From Macrostomum lignano (Eukaryota), in NCBI GenBank assembly GCA_002269645.1, contig NIVC01000150.1, positions 620,001 through 684,000 of the forward strand: a stretch of DNA of 64,000 nucleotides, in the 5' to 3' direction. Shown here one piece after another: positions 23,624 to 35,299 of the stretch. How positions within the stretch are numbered: the first letter of the stretch is position 1; each line of letters begins with the position of its first letter. A model generated the notes under the pieces. The model ran no database searches. It saw only the letters and a list, made by a program, of their open reading frames with translations, and was not told where the DNA came from. The position numbers were made by a program, and so were the translations under genes.

Positions 23624-25509
23624 GACAGCCAGCTCCGATTTACTCCAGTGGTCTCACAATGCCTGTTTACTCAGACTGAAAGTCTTCGCTTTGTTTCCAC
23701 GCGCTGAAAATCTTTTGTTTGTCATTGTTTCCTTCTCTGCTTTATTTTTAAGAGAAACTGCTGTATCGTCAAAATCCAGATTATGAAAATAATTGCAACA
23801 AGTAAAACAATGACTTATTCTCTGAGACGAAGCTGTCAATGGATAAAATCCATTTTATTGTTTCGCTGAGACTTTGGGATATCATGTGGCTCTCGATGAA
23901 TAATAGACTTGAAAATAACAGAATAAGACTTAGCATAAGTCTCAGATATTCTTTCAGTTTGAGGACCAGGTGGAAGTTAAGAATTGTGTCAATAGAAGCT
24001 CATTTTCATTTATTCAACTCTGGTCTTTGGGAACAAAATGGATTTGATCGTCTATTCTTAGCCTCAACCCGAAGAAAGTTTGTGCCTGATCGATGTTTTC
24101 AGCTTAGGCTTACCAAAGAAAGTTTCAATGGTCACGTGGGTCATTTAAAATCAATCGTAGTCATCACAAGAAATGTGTGAAACGCGTTTGCATGTGACTG
24201 TATACTTTATGGGTCTTCGTAAAAAGTCCGGACCACTGTCAGCTAGACGAGCTCTCTAGCTGTCAAGTAGCATGCTCAAGCAATCACTAGCTACATATAG
24301 GAGGACTTCACCTGAAAAATAAGATCTTGATAATAAAATATTCTTTGTTCTCACCAATTGATTTTAAACGGTTAAATGGTTCTTTTCAGAAGTTTCCAAT
24401 ATTCGAGATCTGTAGATTAGCCACTGATAATCAATATATAGGACATAAATGTTATTAATATGTAATCAATACGGGGTGCCTTCCCATAGTCGAATTTTCC
24501 CGTCGAAAAGCAAGTCATTTCACAACGTCGAAAACTCTAGCAAGAGACTTCATAAGGTCGAAATTTCACATCAAAAATTTGAATAGCAGTCACTTTCACA
24601 AGGTCAAAGTTTCACAATTGCCGAAAACAGAGTATTCCACGTGCAATTTCAGCCTTATGAAGCCCCTTGCTAAAGTTTTCGATCTTGTGAAAGTGGCTGC
24701 TAATTCAAAATTGAGTTTTCGACCTTTTGAAGGAAGGTGCTTTTTGACGTGAGATTTCGAGTTTATGAAACCCCCATCAATAGACGTATTGGGATTCCTT
24801 GAAATCGATAGCGCGATGCTTTAGGGCGACAAAATAAGTGCTAACACCATCTATTCTCAAAATACATGTAGGAATTAAGTCATGTACTCGTACATGTAGA
24901 ATTTTTGGCTTTGTCTCCCCCCCCCCCTACCATAATCCACATGGCGACGCCCCTGTAGAAAGGTTACAGTTTTTAACTACAAGTAACTACGAGTTTCAGC
25001 TGAAGCAAAGTACTCTTATACTCGTACAATACGAGTATACTGTATATGGTGCACTTTTTCCAAGGCTTTTTCACGGGCTTTTTAGGTTCGTCTCGAAGAA
25101 ACTTCAAGTTCAGTTATAATTCATCATAATTGTCTCTTTCGGGTCTGCATGCTTTCATACATTATACATTAGCAGCTGTTTTATCACTTTTTGAGTAAAG
25201 AAAAAAAGCGTCTGTAAGAGCATTCATTAGCTTTTATCTATTATCTGGTCTTTCTCTGTTTATTCGAGACTGCTAGCTGCTGCCTACATGAACAGAAAGT
25301 GGAAAATTATTTTTTTCGCCTAGAGTCTGGCCAATTTAATCCCTAAAATGTTTAAGAAGCACAGTATACCCGGTATCTTTTGAATCACTGTGGAGTTTTT
25401 CATGTTCCTGAGGTAATGATTGAACTAAAAATAGCAAATAAATGGTGCCGAGTCCTCGTATCGTTTAGGTAGTGGACTGCCAATCAGCGAGGCCTAACAC
25501 TCGCCAATT

Positions 25510-25923
25510 TCACTTCGTCGGCTTCTTCTCGGCCATCTTCATGCGTTTGGCTGATGACTTCTTGGTTGCTCGGCTGCGCTTCCTGCCAGTGGCCTTGGAA
25601 GCGGAGCGTTTCCTGCCGGTGCCCCTGGAAGCAGAGCGTTTCCTGCCGGTGCCCCTGGAAGCAGAGCGTTTCCTGCCGGTGCCCCTGGAAGCAGAGCGTT
25701 TCCTGCCGGTGCCCCTTGAAGCAGAGCGTTTCCTGCCGGTGCCCCTTGAAGCAGAGCGTTTCCTGCCGGTGCTCCTGGAAGCAGAGCGTTTCCTGCCGGT
25801 GCTCCTTGAGGCGGAGCGTTTCCTCTTGGCTGGACGGCCCCGCTGGAGCTGAGCTGGAGCATCCGTTGCCATCTTCTCCGACTGGCTCGATGAGGCGGCA
25901 GGGGATTGTGAACGCGACCGCAT
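25510..25923 (-). CDS. Protamine-like / SNBP-like Arg-Lys-Ser-rich protein, 137 aa, intronless
   Basis: ATG 25923: MRSRSQSP..., about 9 copies of 9-aa RKRSASR(G/S)TG (27 bp), ending KKSSAKRMKMAEKKPTK*. Unique basic sequence flanks the repeat. Confidence 0.65.
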   Translation of the reverse strand: MRSRSQSPAASSSQSEKMATDAPAQLQRGRPAKRKRSASRSTGRKRSASRSTGRKRSASRGTGRKRSASRGTGRKRSASRGTGRKRSASRGTGRKRSASRGTGRKRSASKATGRKRSRATKKSSAKRMKMAEKKPTK

Positions 25924-26955
25924 GCTGGCAGTTAAAGGCCTCAGCTGTATAAATTTGCTTGATTTATTTGTTCTTAAGCGAGTTAAGCGCGCTAGGACTT
26001 TAAATTGGCTATTCAAGCTCTTTTGAAAGACCTGTTCCGAACTAGGAGGAGTGAAATTAAATTTATAGTCTATGTCCACAAAATAGACTATGATACAGCT
26101 TTTTTGTTTAGAAAATTGAATTTCTATAGTCTTTAATTTTTAGTATACGAGTCGTATCTTGAATCGTAAGTTGGGAGAGTTGAGAATTCAGTCATTAGCT
26201 AGTAATTAGTCTTTTAATTTAAGTCTTTCACAACTAACGCGTTCACTCTTGAACAATATCGAGACACGCTTGCTGAATATACTACTTACTGTTACTTTTA
26301 GCAACAGCGTTTTTCTCTTTGACTTCCTCTTCTAAGTAGCTATTGATATTTTCATTGTATTTTTTGTTTTCCATTATTATTCTCTCTGGTCCTACAAAGG
26401 GTAAGCGGGCTGTCTTTCGTTCCCTGATAGTTCCTTCAGTGAAGTTCCTCAAGGATGTTCATTATAATTGTATCCATCCTGGTAATTACGAGGGTCTTCC
26501 CAAAATTCTTTGTGCTGGCTTGTAACTTTTACACTGAAACCGCGCACAAACCTGATTGTCTCAAAGTTCGGCCATTTGATTGTCCAACAGTGCATCATGT
26601 CCTGTGTAAATATTTTGCTTTCAATTGCAACTTTTCCTATTCTTTTATTTTTCGAAAGACAGACAAGAGCGCGGATTTCACCTGTTAAGAAAGTCAACAG
26701 TCAACCAACAATTGTATAGCCAGTGCAATCAGTTGGAACCGGACCTGCAGGTAGCCTTTCTTCTTCGTCAAAAGCTGCACAAATTTGGTAAGCTGTGTAA
26801 ACTGACGCGAAGTTTTATTCAAATTTCTAAACAATGCCTTGTCGGGAAGTTCGGAAGTCTATTTTTGAAGACAGCATGCACTTGATTGGCCCAAAACCAA
26901 AAAAGTTAAACGTGATTCTGTTTCGTCGCACTGATCCAGTAATCTAAGCAACAGA

Positions 26956-27259
26956 ATGAGACTGGTACTGCTTCTGCTGCTGTCAGAGTGGCTCTAACTG
27001 CTGCGGTAAGTATGCAAATTGTTCAATAAGGTCTTGAGTGTAGCGTGTTTAAAGAAATTCAGAATATCCAACTACGCTCGTATTTGGATTCCGATTCCCA
27101 GCTACCATACAGACGCCAGATGATTAGGTCTGAGCATCGCGGAGACGGGCAGCATCATCCGAAATCAACGCATGACGATAGTGAAGATGACGGCCGCGGC
27201 GGCGAGGGTCCTAGACCGAGTCCAAATGAGGACGAAGAAGAAAAAGTCAGTGATTGTAC

Positions 27260-27290
<31 letters not shown>

Positions 27291-27344
27291 GACGACATAA
27301 ACCAACAGACAGAAGACAGACGACAGAAGACACATGCGTCATAA
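26956..27344 (+). pseudogene. Paralog of the 22-23 kb secreted precursor; 1-nt deficit in the signal-peptide exon, 3' end abuts a LINE
   Basis: Exon 1 26956..27005 (50 nt; MRLVLLLLL / VRVALTAA|gtaagt in two frames); exon 2 from acceptor 27102: LPYRRQ...GPRPSPNEDEEEK...poly-D. Confidence 0.6.
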
Positions 27345-28808
27345 ACCGCGTGCTTGCCGGTGCCTCCGCACCCACCGAGTGGATCGTCGCGAACATCGTG
27401 CCGATCCCAAAGAAGGCAGGGACAGCGCGGAAAGAAGACCACCGCGGGATCTCACTGATGTCCTGCACCGCGAAGCTCTTCAACCGGCTGCTGCTCGATG
27501 TCTGCAGTCGGTGCTGGACCCGTACCTGCGGTACGAGCAGAAGGGATTCCGGCCGCAACGCGGTACAGTGACACAGATCCTCGCACTCCGCCGTGTCATC
27601 GAGGAGGCGCGCATCCGCCAGTCTACGCTGATCATCGTCTTCGTTGACTCTCGAAAGGTATTTGACTCGGTGTTGAGAGCCGCGCTTCCCTTTGTTCTTC
27701 GAGCCTACCGGGTACCCCAGCAGCTAGTAGACGCAGTCATGGCGCTGTATCGCGATACTCGAGCTGCTGTGGTGACGGCGGACGGCCTGTCTGACCTGTT
27801 CGATACTTCATCAGGAGTTCTGCAGGGCGACATGCTAGCGCCGTTCCTCTTCGTGCTGCTACTGGACTGGGTGCTTCGGACCGCACTCCCCTCGGCTAAT
27901 GACGGCTTCCTGCTGCGCAGACGCATCGGTCGCCGCCACGGCGAAAAGCGCCTTATTATTTTTTGCTTGGCTACGCCGACAACCTCGCCCTCCTGTCCTC
28001 GTCCGTTGAAGGCGCCCAGCGCCAGATCCACAGGCTGGTCGAAGTGGCATCGAGCGTCGGTCTGATCGTCAACACGCTGAAGACCGAGGTGCTGACTGTG
28101 CCGGCCGACATCCCAGTGGACCTGACGTGCCGCGGCGCAGACGGGCAGACGACCAGGCTCGCACGCTGCCAGCGGTTCACCTACCTCGGCGGTCTGGTGC
28201 CCCACGTGGAAGAAGACCTCTGACGGCGCAGAGGACTTGCCTGGGCGGCCTTTCGTTCGATCCGAGCCGTCCTCCAGTCCGAAGCGCTGCCCGACCGCCA
28301 GAGGGCTCGGCTGTGGCAGGCGGTGGTCGAAACCGTCCTGCTCTACAACGCCGAGACGTGGACGCTGACGGCTACGCTGGAGCGGAAGCTGGACTCGGCG
28401 CACTCAGGGCTGCTCCGTGCGGCCTTTCGAGCTGACGAGAGCGCCGGGACCGAGGCCCTGTACGATCGGGCCAAGCTGCAGCGCCCGTCCACCATCCTGC
28501 GCCGGCGGCAACTTCAACTGGCGGGCCACACGTGATCCGGGCCGAGGGCTACTGCCCCCAAAACCTGTTCAGGACGTCCTGCTGCTCACTCTGCAGCTGG
28601 CCCGCTCAGGCGGGGTCAGGCCAAAACCCATCGATACGTGGACTGTCTCCTACGCGACGCCAGGGCGCCCGACACTGCCAACAGGGCGGACTTCGTCCGC
28701 TCTCAGGCTCTGCGGCGCGCCATCTGACGCACCCTGCTCTGTGACTGCTTGCGGGGCTGCGTAATTTGTTGTTGTTGTTGTTGTTGTTTTTGTTGTTGTT
28801 GTTGTTGG
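27335..28808 (+). mobile_element. 5'-truncated, inactivated RTE-type non-LTR retrotransposon
   Basis: RT motifs IVPIPKK, RGISLMS, EQKGFRP, TQILALRRVIEE, GVLQGDMLAPFLF, GYADNLALL, FTYLG spread over several frames; TGA at 28221; (GTT)n tail 28765-28808. Confidence 0.93.
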
Positions 28809-29126
28809 TAATAATAATTTCGGATACTAGCTAACTAACTTGTTTGGATGCTACGGTACGCGGTATGTCATGCACTCATGCTCAAGCTACGATGTTATTT
28901 TTTGAAACCGACTAATTAGATAGTTTCAACCTGCAATGATCTGATCGAGATAAAATTTACAATTTAAATTAACTCAAATTAAACGAAATTATCGCAAATC
29001 GTTTTTATTTATTCAAATCAATTTCATATGTTCAATGAGTCGACAACAAAAAGACAAAGCGACCTTATGACTGAGTAAGTTATTGCTGGGGTGTCGATGG
29101 AATTCCAGCTTATCGGTTGTTTTATT

Positions 29127-30221
29127 CTACTTAGCTTTTGCCTGCTTTTGTTCTTTTTCGCGTTGTTTCCTTTCCTCTTTCACCCGCTTTATTTCGTCTT
29201 CGCGTCGTTTTTTTTCCTCTTTCGCCTGTTTTTTCGCCAGCTTTTTTGCTTCCTTTTTAGCCATCTTCTCTTGCTTTTTCTTTATCTTCTCATTCTTCTT
29301 GGCTAGCTTCTTTTCTAACTTAGCTTGCTTTTCGGCCTCCTTTTTTCGTTGCTTCTCTTCTTTTTTCTGTTTTACTTCCTCTGGGGTAGGGGTGCGCAGT
29401 ATTCTCATTTGGTTTGCTTCCACCTTCAGGTCAGTTCCATCATCATCTTTAGTATCATACATGTACTCGTACTCTTTATGAGGAGGAGTTGGAGGAGTAT
29501 CATCTTCTTTACTATCTAGAATTTCATCGTCCTCGTCTTCATCATAATCTTCATCATCATCGTCAGCGGGCTGAATGACAGTTCTGGTATTCTCAGTTTC
29601 AGCCTGGTCCTTATCCTCAATCTTCTTGGCTGCTTGCTCTAGCTCTTCAGTCTTCTTGTTGACTTCTTTGTCTTGATCCTCAGTCTCGGATTCTTTGTCT
29701 TCCTCGTCTTGATCCTCAGTCTCGGATTCTTTGTCCTCCTCATCTTGATCCTCAGTCTCGTTGGCTTCTTTTTCATCTTTGCCTTGATCCTCAGTCTTGT
29801 TGGCTTCTTTTTCATCTTTGCCTTGATCCTCAGTCTTGTTGGCTTCTTTGTCGTCTTTGTCTTGATCCTCAGTCTCGTTGGCTTCTTTGTCGTCTTTGTC
29901 TTGATCCTCAGTCTCGTTGGCTTCTTTGTCGTCTTTGTCTTGATCCTCAGTCTCGTTGGCTTCTTTGTCGTCTTTGTCTTGATCCTCAGTCTCGTTGGCT
30001 TCTTTGTCGTCTTTGTCTTGATCCTCAGTCTCGTTGGCTTCTTTGTCGTCTTTGTTTTGATCCTCAGTCTTGTTGGATTCTTCGTCTTGATTCTCAGTTT
30101 CTTGCTTGTCTGCTTGGTCTTGATATCCAGTTGCTGCGTCGGTTTCGTCTTTGGCTTCGCCTTCAGCCTGCTGGTCAACGGGCTTCTCGTCGGTGCCAAC
30201 TTTGAGAGTGTTTTCCGACAT
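29127..30221 (-). CDS. Orphan 364-aa intronless protein: acidic 13-aa repeats followed by a Lys/Glu-rich coiled coil
   Basis: GCCATG context, upstream acceptor-like ttccctttcag, AATAAA near 29005 (minus); 39-bp repeat ETEDQDKDDKEAN; unique N- and C-terminal sequence stays open. Confidence 0.75.
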   Translation of the reverse strand: MSENTLKVGTDEKPVDQQAEGEAKDETDAATGYQDQADKQETENQDEESNKTEDQNKDDKEANETEDQDKDDKEANETEDQDKDDKEANETEDQDKDDKEANETEDQDKDDKEANETEDQDKDDKEANKTEDQGKDEKEANKTEDQGKDEKEANETEDQDEEDKESETEDQDEEDKESETEDQDKEVNKKTEELEQAAKKIEDKDQAETENTRTVIQPADDDDEDYDEDEDDEILDSKEDDTPPTPPHKEYEYMYDTKDDDGTDLKVEANQMRILRTPTPEEVKQKKEEKQRKKEAEKQAKLEKKLAKKNEKIKKKQEKMAKKEAKKLAKKQAKEEKKRREDEIKRVKEERKQREKEQKQAKAK

Positions 30222-31516
30222 GGCAGCGTGTTGCTGAATAGGCAGGCTAGCTAACTACGTGCTTTGCTGAAAGGGAACAGAAATTGATAACTAAACAGAG
30301 TAAAAGATTCTCAAAAATCCTGTCGCGCACAGCGGTGCCAATTCCGCGTTTCAATAAAATTAGCTCTTTCCATAGACATCACAGCTTTGTTTCAGAAAAC
30401 TTAACTGCCGACCGACTGACTGACCAACTAATAGCTCATTGCTACTGAAACTGGTAGCGTAGAGCGAGTTATGTTTATAATTTTTAATACATGTTCAAAA
30501 ATTCCCATCTAAATAATAAACATTTAATTTTAGGGCCTTTTTGGCGCCAAATTTCTAATAATTCCTAATAAGCTCGACAAAAACACGATTTTTGCCTTTT
30601 CACAGGTTACTTTTTGCAACACCGGAATTAGATACATTCTTCTGTTTATAGTGCTCGTAACGTACTTTGTGCAATTGATACTTTGATATTAAAATTCTAA
30701 ATTCAACATGTCGTAGAATTCTAGAATTATAAATATAACTGTCCTAAACTTAAAAAAACCCTTCCTATCCCTTCGAATTTAACTATCGCCCTTAAGCCCG
30801 GTTCCCCGCTTCGCAGTTCCGTCCTTTCCAATCGATCGATAATTTATATATAGCTCGTAATTGTGCAATTCTCACTCCCGTCGCCCGCAACCCTCCATAT
30901 TAGAAAACTTAAGCGCAAAAAGCCCTTAAGGCCGACAAGCCAGCCTTGCCAACCCCCTTTCCCCAGCTAAACACTCGCGCGCATGTGGAGGCCGAGGGGG
31001 CCGAGGGGTTCTGGATCGTAAAACAAATGTACATTGCGCAATGTACATATTGAAATGTCTAGTCCAGAGGGGAGCCCCCTCCTTGAATCGTTGGAGCCCC
31101 TCGTCTCGCTCTCTCCTCACGCGCTGTAAAATAGCCGCCCGGCCCGTAGACTCGCCTTAATTTCCCCAATTGGTTTTGCAATAATATAGATAGTGAGTCA
31201 TTCCAGTCACCTCTGTTCAAGGCCCCCCTGCGATGTTATTTGAATTGGAGGCCTTCTTCTAAAGCAGAAAGAATATATAAGAAAGCCCTTCCAACCCCCA
31301 CAAAAGCAACTATACCGACCGACTGGCTATACATGAGTGGGCATTTCCGTCCTTTCGTTAGCTTGACTTTGTTTCGAAGTAAAGAAAAGCTCTACTTAAC
31401 CTTGTCTCTTTAATTAAATCCAATTCATACTATTTAAACAACGGCCAGGCAATAAACTTCATTAGGCATATTTTTAATAAATCTACCGCTAACTGCTGCT
31501 ATTAACTTAATTAGCT

Positions 31517-34500
31517 ATGGACACAGCCTCATCAATTGAAAATGCAAATCGAAGCAGCGCTGACATAACTTTGCCGCCGATCATCGCTACGACGACTGAC
31601 TGGCGACAACTGGGAGGCGGCAACGGCAATCGAGAAAATATTCAGCGCGGCAAATTTGTAGACAGCGTTTGTAAGTGGTGAAGCTGCTTGCTTTGTCTGA
31701 TCCAGTTATACTCGTACATGTATTTAACAGAGTAGGGCTATACATGAAAATTAAGCCCTAGGCCTGGACGAGTGGATTTCAACTCAAAATTATAGTCAGA
31801 GATCTACATGAGATGCCAACGCCTGAGATGGGCCGATCAATGTTAGAGATCTAGACAAAGCAATTGATATAATCTCGGCGCCATGTTCTAGATCTAGATT
31901 CTAATGCTATAGATCTAGATTCCAATGTAAGAGATCTAGATTCCAATGTTAGAGATCAGAGATTCCAATGTAAGAGATCTAGATTCCAAAATGTTAGAGA
32001 TCTAGATTCCAATGTTAGAGATCAGAGATTCCAATGTAAGAGATCTAGATTCCAATGTTAGAGATCAGAGATTCCAATGTAAGAGATCTAGATTCCAAAA
32101 TGTTAGAGATCTAGATTCCAATGTTAGAGATCAGAGATTCCAATGTAAGAGATCTAGATTCCAATGTTAGAGATCAGAGATTCCAATGTAAGAGATCTAG
32201 ATTCCAAAATGTTAGAGATCTAGATTCCAATGTTAGAGATCTAGATTCCAATGTAAGAGATCTAGATTCCAATGTAAGAGATCTAGATTGCAATGTTAGA
32301 GAACTAGATTCCAATGTTAGAGATTTAGATTGCAATGTTAGAGATCTAGATTCCAATGTAAGAGATCTAGATTCCAATGTAAGAGATCTAGATTTCAATG
32401 TTAGAGAACTAGATTTCAATGTTAGAGATTTAGATTGCAATGTTAGAGATCTAGATTGCAATGTTAGAGATCTAGATTCCAATGTAAGAGATCTAGATTC
32501 CAATGTAAGAGATCTAGATTTCAATGTTAGAGAACTAGATTCCAATGTTAGAGATTTAGATTTCAATGTTAGAGAACTAGATTCCAATGTTAGAGATTTA
32601 GATTTCAATGTTAGAGATCTAGATTCCAATGTTAGAGATCTAGATTGCAATGTTAGAGATCTAGATTCCAATGTTAGAGATCTAGATTCCAATGTTAGAG
32701 ATTTAGATGCTTGCAAATGTTAGACTCCAGCCAGTCTAAAGAAGTATTGAAGTGCACATTGTACCGGTACTGAACGCACATGCTTCTGCATCTGACAGAC
32801 TGAAAAGCAAATTTTCGGTGCAATTATTTCACTCTGCAGAGTTCTTATCTCCCGCCCCAACCCACATCCGCAGTTGGCAGGCTGCCAGACGTGACCGTAA
32901 GCACCATAGGCATTGTGGCTGCAGTTTGCGGCGCCATAATTGGCACCCTGCTGATTGCGCTAATCTGCGTCTGCCATCGTCGGCGGCGCTCGCTAGTGGT
33001 TGCCAAGGCGACTAACAACAATAGGAGCCATGGTCGGCACAGACGGAGGCAGTCGGGCCACTCCTCGCTGGTAACGGGTCTGCCTGGAAGCAGGTGAGCT
33101 GCACTGCATGGCTTTTAATTAGCGGCATTAGTTAACCGAGAGCTTACGGTATTTGTGTCTGGGTCATTTTTATCTGACTGCTTTTGTTCTATACTTCTGC
33201 TCTACTGATTTATAGCTATTTAAAGTTCATGAAGGTAGGGTATGGGGTAGGTTGGCAGTTCATGAAGGTAGGGTATGGGGTAGGTTGGCAGTTCATGAAG
33301 GTAGGGTATGGGGTAGATTGGCAGTTCATGAAGGTAGGGTATGGGGTAGGTTGGCAGTTCATGAAGATGGGGTATGGGGTAGTAGGTTGGCAGTTCATGA
33401 AGGTAGGGTATGGGGTAGGTTGGCAGTTCATGAAGGTAGGGTATGGAGTAGGTTGGCAGTTCATGAAGGTAGGGTATGGGGTAGGTTGGCAGTTCATGAA
33501 GGTAGGGTATGGGGTAGGTTGGCAGTTCATGAAGGTAGGGGGTATGGGGTAGGTTGGCAGTTCATGAAAATCGTGTAAGGGGCACAGATTGGCAGTTCAT
33601 GAAAATCGTGTAAGGGGCAGATTGGCAGTTCATGAAAATCGTGTAAGGTGTAGATATGGTAGATTTTGTAAGTCGTGTTCGTGTAGACTCGAAAATGATA
33701 TTTTTTACATAATTTGCACCACCTGCGCAGGTCCTCATCATACTACTATCAAATTATCAATAAAAAATTTAAAGCACTCCGCATCATTTCTCACAGTTCC
33801 GGGAGTCCCTGTGGCGACGCTGAGGACGACGCTGACGGAGTCGCAGACACGACATTCGCCACCACAGTCAGCGGCGGTGCCTTCTCACCCCGGCTGGCTG
33901 AGCTGGGAGCCCTGCTGCCAGCCGCGTCTGCAGGTTGGTTGGTTTGCTCAGCTTAGGAAACAGTTTGATCTTCTAAATGGTGGATGTAGAAATCTGGACA
34001 CCTGCGAAATAAGAAATCCTTCACGTAAAGCCGATCCAGATTCAGAAAGTCCCGAAATCCAGATTCAGATAGTCCCGAAATCCAGATTCAGATAGTCCCG
34101 ATAGAGGAACCCGATTCAAAAAGTCCCGATACAGAATCCTGATTCACAAAGTCCCGATACAGAATCCCAATTCAAAAAGTCCCGATAGAGAATCCTGATT
34201 CACAAAGTCCCGATAGAGAATCCCGATACAGAATCCCAATTCAAAAAGTCCCTATAGAGAATCCCGATACAGAATCCCAATTCAAAAAGTCCCTATAGAG
34301 AATCCCGATTCAAAAAGTCCCGATAGAGAATCCCGATTCACAAAGTCCCAATAGTCGATAGAGAATCCCGATTCACAAAGTCCCGATAGAGAATCCGAAT
34401 TCACAAAGTCCCGATAGAAAATCCCGATTCAAAAAGTCGCGATAGAGAATCCTGATCCAAAAAGTCCCGATAGAGAATCCCGATCCCAAAAAGTCCCAAC

Positions 34501-35299
34501 TCCCAATAGAGAATCCCAATTTCAAATTCCCGATAGAGAATCCCGATTCACAAGACACAAAGTCCCGATAGAGAATCCCGATTCAAAAAGTCCCGATAGA
34601 GAATCCAGATTCAAAAAGTCCCGATAGAGAATCCCGATTCAAAAAGTCCCGATAGAGAATCCCGATCACAAAAAGTCCCAATAGAAAATCCCAATTTCAA
34701 ATTCCCGATAGAGAATCCCAATTTCAAATTCCCGATAGAGAATCCCGATTCAAAAGTCCCAATAGAGAATCCCGATTCAAAAAGTCCCGATAGAGAATCC
34801 CAATCCCAAAAAGTCCCGATAGAGAATCCCAATCCCAAAAAGTCCCGATAGAGAATCCCAATCCCAAAAAGTCCCGATAGAGAATCCCGATTCAAAACGT
34901 CCCGATACAGAATCCCGACTAAAAAGTCCCGATAGAGAATCCCGATAGAGTCCCGAGATTCCCAAATTGAAACCCCCGTACCCAGGTTCCCACAGAATCG
35001 CCTACTGCAATGCAACGACGAGTTGCCCCAACTCCCACCCAAACGCAGGCGGCCGTCAGCCGACCAAGTCCACATTCGGTCCGCCGCTGACCCGGACAGC
35101 CACGGTTGGCAACAACGGCACCGCCGCCGCCACCTCAGCAGTTTCATCCGCCTCGACGCTTGTCGAACTGAGGCAGAAGAAGCAACAGCAACAGGCAAAA
35201 CCCGGCAACCAGGCAACAACCTCCGCCGCAGCCTCATCAGAAGCTGGAGGCCATAACGAAACGACTCGCGGCAAATTCACATACGAAATTGTGGTGTAA
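31517..35299 (+). CDS. Orphan single-pass membrane protein without signal peptide, 4 exons, 274 aa
   Basis: join(31517..31670,32874..33093,33797..33933,34986..35299)=825 nt, phases 1,2,1 consistent; TM IGIVAAVCGAIIGTLLIALICVC followed by HRRRR; ends KFTYEIVV*. Confidence 0.75.
31890..32710. repeat. 21-bp minisatellite in intron 1 of the TM gene
   Basis: AGATCTAGATTCCAATGTTAG. Confidence 0.95.
33222..33650. repeat. 33-bp minisatellite in intron 2 of the TM gene
   Basis: TTCATGAAGGTAGGGTATGGGGTAGGTTGGCAG. Confidence 0.95.
34030..34960. repeat. ~25-27 bp minisatellite in intron 3 of the TM gene
   Basis: AAAAGTCCCGATAGAGAATCCCGATTC variants. Confidence 0.93.

Noticed and set aside
25480-25505. 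Hairpin GCGAG-N8-CTCGC after the protamine-like stop as a histone stem-loop
   Set aside because: Does not match the 6-bp stem, 4-nt loop histone consensus.
29083-30254. Hydrophobic antisense ORFs (F/L/V-rich) and the K/T-rich alternative frame
   Set aside because: Shadows of the charged 364-aa ORF and its 39-bp repeat.
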